Positions 25,760 to 30,676 of a stretch of DNA of 30,676 bases are shown in pieces; position 1 is the stretch's first letter, and every line of letters starts with the position of its first letter. The position numbers were made by a program, and so were the translations under genes. Source of the stretch: Omnitrophica WOR_2 bacterium RIFCSPLOWO2_01_FULL_41_12 (lineage in GTDB: Bacteria; Omnitrophota; Gorgyraeia; Gygaellales; Profunditerraquicolaceae). A model generated the notes under the pieces. It was not told the origin of the DNA, did not search any database, and was given only the letters and a program-made list of their open reading frames with translations. The stretch lies in assembly GCA_001805765.1 (NCBI GenBank), contig MHGW01000042.1:1-30676 (forward strand). Direction: 5' to 3'.

Positions 25760-28700
25760 GAAATTAGAACTCATTGGTTTTAAATCTTTCCTGGATAAGA
25801 CCATCCTTCATTTTGAGCCGGGGATAACCGCCGTAGTTGGCCCGAATGGATGCGGAAAATCCAATATCTTTGATTCCATGCGCTGGGTATTAGGCGAACA
25901 GTCAGTAAAGGCACTGAGGGGCTCAGAGATGCAGGATGTGATTTTTAACGGCACTGATATTAAGGAACCCTTGAGCATGGCTGAGGTGAGTTTGACCTTT
26001 GATAACTCCCATAAATTTTTTAATGTGCCACAGGATGAAGTGACCGTTACCCGCAGGATTTTTCGTTCCAGCGAAAGCGAGTACCTCCTGAATAAGACCC
26101 AGGTCAGGCTAAAAGATATTTTAGATTTAATGATGGGTACCGGCATTGGCGCCGAGAGTTATTCTCTGGTAGAACAGGGCAAGATCGATTTAGTCTTAAG
26201 TTCCAGGCCCGAAGAGAGGCGTTTAGTCTTTGATGAGGCCTCCGGCATTACCAAGTATAAGGCGCAGAAAAAAGAGGCGCTTAGGAAATTAGAAGAGACA
26301 GAGCAGAATTTACTCCGGGTCAATGATATTATCACCGAGGTAAAACGCCAGATCGGCCATTTAGAGCGCCAGGCAAATAAGGCGCGTAGGTACAAAGAGG
26401 TATTTGAAGAGCTTAAAAGCAAAGAGATAAATTTATCCTCTTTACAAAAAACATTACTGGAGAAAGAAAAGAATGAAATTATCGATAATTTAAGCCAATT
26501 GCAATCTAAAGAAGCAGGCCTGCTGAGTATTATTGCCGAGCAGGAAGCAAAGATTAGCGGCAGAAAGGAAGAAATAGAAACGCTGGAAGATAATATTCTG
26601 CAGATCAAGAATGAGATATTGAACCTGGATAATCTGGCGATAAGAAATAAAGAGCACATCGGCTTAAATGAAGAAAGGCTTAAGGAATTAGAGGGCGCTA
26701 AAAACTATCTTCAAGCGCAGATGGAACAGGCAAAGAACAGGCTCGTATTAGATGAGGAAAAGTTAGGCAAAATACAAAACGAATATAACGGTATAAATAA
26801 AAATATTCAGGATAAGTCAGAAAGCCTAAAAGTTAAAGAAGCAGAACTCAGTAACCTCAGCCAGGCAATCAAGTCTTCATTAGAGAATATTGCGCAGGCC
26901 AAGAGAAAAATTTTAGACTTAGTGGCACAAATTGCCCACAGCAGGAATGAATTTAATGATGCCCAGGCAAAACAGCAGATTTCTGCTGCGCGCAAAAGAA
27001 GGCTGGAATTGGAAAAGGCGAAGGTAAAGGAAGAAAAGGCGCAGTCTGAAAATTATCTTAACTCTATCGCGCAGGAATTAAGTGCGTTGGAGAAAGACTT
27101 TCAGGATCTGGACCTAAAAATAACTAATTTAAAAAGCGAACTGGATAATGAGGGCTTGTCTTTAAATGCGCTGAATGCAGATTTGCAGAATTTAGCAGCC
27201 CGTAGCTTAACCTTAGAATCCCAAAAGGAATTCATCGAGAAATTAAAAACCAGATATGAAGGCATAGATGAATCTATGAATGCTACCATATTTTTAGATA
27301 AACTGCCTAAGGAGAAGTTAACCGGGTTGGTGGTAAAAATAAAATCTATTGATGAAAAGAGCCAGAAATTATCCGGCGAGGCAAAGCCCATTGAATTGGA
27401 TATACAAAAAATAGATGAGAAAATAAGGGAATTAAGGTTGAGTATAGCGGATTTAACCCAGAAAAAAACAGCCAGACAAGGACGCATTCAAGAATTAAAT
27501 AATTCTATCGGGCAATTACAGCAAGACTTGCGTAATCAAGAACTGGCCTTGGCGAATAAAAAAAGCCAGCATCAGACTAGCCAAGAACAATGCCATAAAA
27601 TCAAAGAGGAACAAGACTTGGTGAACTTGGAATTAGAGGATACCGAAAAAGACCTATCTATATGGGATGAGCAGTTAGCCCGCCTTAAAATATCATTAGC
27701 GGAGTTAGAGAAAGAGCAAAAGACCAGCGAAGATTTAATCAATAGCGCACAAAATAATATTGCCCAGAACGCTAACCTCAAGGAAAGAACCCTGGTATTG
27801 ATTACCCAGACTAGGACCGAGATAGAGGCATTGGTTAAGCGGGTGGCTTCAGATGAGGCCACCATAAAAATATGGGAAGATACTTTTCGGCAGGATAAAG
27901 AAGGCTTGTTAAATTTTGAAACACAACTTAAAGAAAATCTGGATAAAAAAGAGCTCTTACAGATTGAGATAAAAGATTTGGAGGATAAAACAGAAGAAGC
28001 AGGTAAGCTGGCTCAGGAAAAAGAGGGATTATTAAAAATAACTCAAGGTAAATATCAGGAAATCTCTCGGACTTCAAGTGATGTAATTCAAAGCCTAGAA
28101 TTAGAAAAAAAAGAGCTGGATGCGATGAAAGACAAATTATATGAACTGCAGATGCAGAGTAAAGATGTAGAATTTAAGGCCACCAGTATAAGGAACAGAA
28201 TTTTACAGATTTATAAAATAGATTTGGATACCCTGGAAGAACAGATTCTTAGCGCAGGAACGGATGAAAATAATTTGGCTCAAGACATACAAAGCTTAAA
28301 AGAAAAATTAGATTCTTATGGCAGCGTGAATCTGGTAGCGATTGAAGAATACGATGAATTAAAGAAACGTTATGATTTTCTCATCCAGCAGCAGAATGAC
28401 CTTTTTTTAGGCAAAGAATCATTGCATGAGGCCATACTAAAAATTAACCGCACCACCAAAAAGATGTTTCTGGATACCTTCGAGCGCATCCGCGCAGAAT
28501 TCCGGAATTACTTTAAATTGCTTTTTAACGGAGGAGATGCCCAGCTTTTCTTGATTGACGAGCAGGACCCCTTAGAATCCGGGATCGAGATCATCTGCCG
28601 GCCTCCGGGGAAAAAATTACAAAACGTGCTTTTACTTTCCGGAGGGGAAAAGGCGCTTTCGGCCATAGCGTTGATATTCGCCATATTTAAAGTCAAGCCA

Positions 28701-28961
28701 TCGCCATTTTGCGTATTAGATGAGATAGACGCGGCATTAGATGAGGCAAACGTAGATAGATTCGGCAGGCTGCTGCAGGAATTCGCCAAAGGTTCTCAGT
28801 TTATTGTGATTACCCATAATAAAAGGACGATCAATAATGCTGATGTGATGTATGGAATCACCATGCAGGAATCCGGCGTTTCTAAGATTGTCTCGGTAAA
28901 ATTTGCCAAGGAAGAGTTACCAGAGAATAATAAAGAACCCCTGGTTGCAGAACCGGTTTAA
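25749..28961 (+). CDS. smc: Chromosome segregation protein SMC with strongly reduced hinge
   Basis: MYLKKLELIGFKSF start, Walker A GPNGCGKSN, VEQG Q-loop, LSGGE signature, Walker B/D-loop LDEIDAALD, VITH and long coiled coils. 1070 aa from ATG25749. Confidence 0.92.
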   Translation: MYLKKLELIGFKSFLDKTILHFEPGITAVVGPNGCGKSNIFDSMRWVLGEQSVKALRGSEMQDVIFNGTDIKEPLSMAEVSLTFDNSHKFFNVPQDEVTVTRRIFRSSESEYLLNKTQVRLKDILDLMMGTGIGAESYSLVEQGKIDLVLSSRPEERRLVFDEASGITKYKAQKKEALRKLEETEQNLLRVNDIITEVKRQIGHLERQANKARRYKEVFEELKSKEINLSSLQKTLLEKEKNEIIDNLSQLQSKEAGLLSIIAEQEAKISGRKEEIETLEDNILQIKNEILNLDNLAIRNKEHIGLNEERLKELEGAKNYLQAQMEQAKNRLVLDEEKLGKIQNEYNGINKNIQDKSESLKVKEAELSNLSQAIKSSLENIAQAKRKILDLVAQIAHSRNEFNDAQAKQQISAARKRRLELEKAKVKEEKAQSENYLNSIAQELSALEKDFQDLDLKITNLKSELDNEGLSLNALNADLQNLAARSLTLESQKEFIEKLKTRYEGIDESMNATIFLDKLPKEKLTGLVVKIKSIDEKSQKLSGEAKPIELDIQKIDEKIRELRLSIADLTQKKTARQGRIQELNNSIGQLQQDLRNQELALANKKSQHQTSQEQCHKIKEEQDLVNLELEDTEKDLSIWDEQLARLKISLAELEKEQKTSEDLINSAQNNIAQNANLKERTLVLITQTRTEIEALVKRVASDEATIKIWEDTFRQDKEGLLNFETQLKENLDKKELLQIEIKDLEDKTEEAGKLAQEKEGLLKITQGKYQEISRTSSDVIQSLELEKKELDAMKDKLYELQMQSKDVEFKATSIRNRILQIYKIDLDTLEEQILSAGTDENNLAQDIQSLKEKLDSYGSVNLVAIEEYDELKKRYDFLIQQQNDLFLGKESLHEAILKINRTTKKMFLDTFERIRAEFRNYFKLLFNGGDAQLFLIDEQDPLESGIEIICRPPGKKLQNVLLLSGGEKALSAIALIFAIFKVKPSPFCVLDEIDAALDEANVDRFGRLLQEFAKGSQFIVITHNKRTINNADVMYGITMQESGVSKIVSVKFAKEELPENNKEPLVAEPV

Positions 28962-28964
28962 TAA

Positions 28965-30137
28965 TTAACAACAAGTGCTGTTTTTACCCTTGCTCTTGGC
29001 TTGATAAAGTGCTTTGTCAGAAGCCAAAATAAGCTGGGAAGGCGAAGAACCGTCTTTAGGAAAGGAAGACACTCCTAAACTGGCGGTTAATTGTTGGGAA
29101 GGTAAAATTTCTTTGTGGCTAAAGGGATGTTTCAGGATACGCTCTCTTAAGCGCTCGGCAATTACAAATGTTTCGTTTTTATCTGTCTGTGGCAGTATTA
29201 TCGTAAATTCCTCCCCGCCATAACGGCAGACATAATCCATTTTCCGCGACTGATTTTTAAGAATCACCGCCAATTCCTTTAAAATGTTATCTCCTGCCTG
29301 ATGGCCCAGCGCGTCATTATAAACCTTAAAGTCATCAATATCTAACATGATCAGGCTTAAAGGCAAAGAGCCAGCTTTGGCTTTCTCAATTTCTACCTGT
29401 AGGATGTATTGAAAATAACCGTGATTCCAGAGTTCGGTGAGCGAATCGGAGTGCGCGCGCATCACTGTTCTTTCGTAAAGTTGCGAATTTTCTATAGCCA
29501 GGCCTGCCTGGTTAGCCAGCATGATTAACATTCTGATATCATCCTTAGTAATGGGTTCTTTGGTAATAAAGTTATCCGCTAAGATTAATCCGTTTACTTT
29601 ATCTTTTGCTTTTAAAGGCACGACAATCAGTTCATCGGTCTTCAGTATTTGGAGCACCGGGTCATGGGCGTAATTTTGGATAGTTTCTCCGGTTAAATGT
29701 AAAGGCATTCCATCCAATACACCTAAGGCAAGTATTCCTCCGCTTTGCTCTCGTAGAGGAATTTTTAGCCGTTTTATTTGTGGGTTAAAGCCGGATTCAG
29801 TAACATCATTAGCGCTACCGGATATTTTATAGGCATTGATCAGGTCTTCCAGGTCCATTTTATCGGCTTCAATCTGCGACCAGATGCGATTGGCTTCTTC
29901 TCCGGTTTCCGGTCCAATACCCATTTTTCCTTCAATCAGGCCGTCTTTTTCATTGACTAAAAAGAGCAGGGCCCGGTTAAAACCCAGTCCGATATGCGCG
30001 GTCACTCCGGTAAGGATGATGTATAAAATCTCGTCTAATTTCAGGGTGGTGCGCATGGCATTGGAGATCTCATAGAGTATGCCCAATTCCATCTTAGTGC
30101 GCTCCAACTCTTCCTTAGTCTTGGTTATCTCTTCCAT
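28965..30137 (-). CDS. GAF-domain diguanylate cyclase
   Basis: DSLTELWN, MLDIDDFK..ND..GH..GD, RKMD (RxxD I-site) before RYGGEEF, and LYQAK. GAF-like N-terminal region. Confidence 0.93.
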   Translation of the reverse strand: MEEITKTKEELERTKMELGILYEISNAMRTTLKLDEILYIILTGVTAHIGLGFNRALLFLVNEKDGLIEGKMGIGPETGEEANRIWSQIEADKMDLEDLINAYKISGSANDVTESGFNPQIKRLKIPLREQSGGILALGVLDGMPLHLTGETIQNYAHDPVLQILKTDELIVVPLKAKDKVNGLILADNFITKEPITKDDIRMLIMLANQAGLAIENSQLYERTVMRAHSDSLTELWNHGYFQYILQVEIEKAKAGSLPLSLIMLDIDDFKVYNDALGHQAGDNILKELAVILKNQSRKMDYVCRYGGEEFTIILPQTDKNETFVIAERLRERILKHPFSHKEILPSQQLTASLGVSSFPKDGSSPSQLILASDKALYQAKSKGKNSTCC

Positions 30138-30178
30138 TTATGCCGTTTTAACAAACTCCATAACTTGTGGTTTCACTA

Positions 30179-30207
30179 AAGATATCATATTTTAAAGCCC
30201 CTGTCAA
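30179..30207 (-). promoter_or_regulatory. Putative sigma70 promoter of the GGDEF gene
   Basis: On the minus strand: TTGACA (30207-30202), a 17-nt spacer, then TATCTT (30184-30179). Confidence 0.55.
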
Positions 30208-30292
30208 CCCCCTTAGAAATGCCAGTTTTTAATCAGAGGATTGCTTATTTAAACAGCCAGTAATAATTTTATTTTCTGGAAGGACATATTAT

Positions 30293-30326
30293 AAAAAGAG
30301 GGAAGGAAAACTCCTTCCCTCTTTTT
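30293..30326 (-). terminator. Intrinsic terminator after the pilin gene, potentially bidirectional
   Basis: Perfect 15-bp inverted repeat AAAAAGAGGGAAGGA-AAAC-TCCTTCCCTCTTTTT, with T-tracts on both strands. Confidence 0.88.
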
Positions 30327-30352
30327 TCTGAGAGTAGATAAAAATAGTGAGG

Positions 30353-30676
30353 TTATAACGGCGTAAGTACTCCACCTGTAGTAGCAGTATAAGTAGTATC
30401 GCCGGTTGTGCCTACGGTTTGAGGTGCTGCCACAAATGTGTAACCAGTAGAAGCCATTGTACACCTGTAAAGATAGCCTTGTAATGTTGTTGTTTGTCCA
30501 CCTGCACCTGCACAGTAGCTACCAATGGAAGTCATATATTGTCCTAACTGAACTGTGGTAGCTGGATACAGACCGCTATTTGTAATGGAGTATGTTTCTG
30601 CTGAAGTAGATATACTGCGTAGAGTAGATTTTGCTGCTGCAGTATTAGCCGTTCTTCTCGCACTTAACAAATTAGG
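30353..30676 (-). CDS. Type IV pilin-like protein, 5' end truncated by the window
   Basis: The frame continues to the window edge: PNLLSARRTANTAAAKSTLRSISTSAETY resembles the post-hydrophobic alpha-helix of type IV pilins. It has a Cys pair and a Thr/Gly-rich beta region. The prepilin motif is outside the window. Confidence 0.65.
   Translation of the reverse strand, partial: PNLLSARRTANTAAAKSTLRSISTSAETYSITNSGLYPATTVQLGQYMTSIGSYCAGAGGQTTTLQGYLYRCTMASTGYTFVAAPQTVGTTGDTTYTATTGGVLTPL

Noticed and set aside
759-30464. Numerous short ORFs antisense to or overlapping the real genes
   Set aside because: They have no recognisable motifs and lie almost entirely within well-supported genes, so they are treated as shadow ORFs.

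Overview
This is a gene-dense bacterial chromosomal segment of mostly housekeeping genes, roughly 40-45% GC by eye. Gene content and protein style suggest Candidatus Omnitrophota or a related PVC-like lineage; that is an inference, not a database result. On the + strand, in order: a partial tRNA and tRNA-Gly(UCC), an archaeal-type thymidylate synthase, a PilZ protein, gpsA, tRNA-Pro(GGG) and a second PilZ protein. An uninterrupted run of 20 genes follows (hom, thrC, CoaB-like, nucleotidyltransferase-fold protein, TPM, lemA, ApgM-like, cstA, lysC, cimA, valS, nadC, uvrB, coaX, marC, glgC, ArgA-like GNAT, acyl-CoA dehydrogenase, etfB, etfA). A consensus sigma70 promoter then precedes an Xis-like HTH gene overlapping smc. 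On the - strand are a GAF-GGDEF diguanylate cyclase and a truncated type IV pilin. No CRISPR array, rRNA, transposase or integrase is visible. The most unusual signals are: (1) a 29-30 bp double-palindrome repeat (AGGGAC-W-GTCCCY units) found once between genes and three times in frame inside valS; (2) two complementary heptamer arrays in frame in nadC; (3) an SMC with intact head motifs whose hinge is reduced to about 45 aa with no hinge glycine motif or zinc hook, co-translated with an Xis-like HTH; (4) mutually exclusive hairpins over the hom start codon; and (5) a nucleotidyltransferase-fold protein lacking both catalytic aspartates, next to TPM and LemA.
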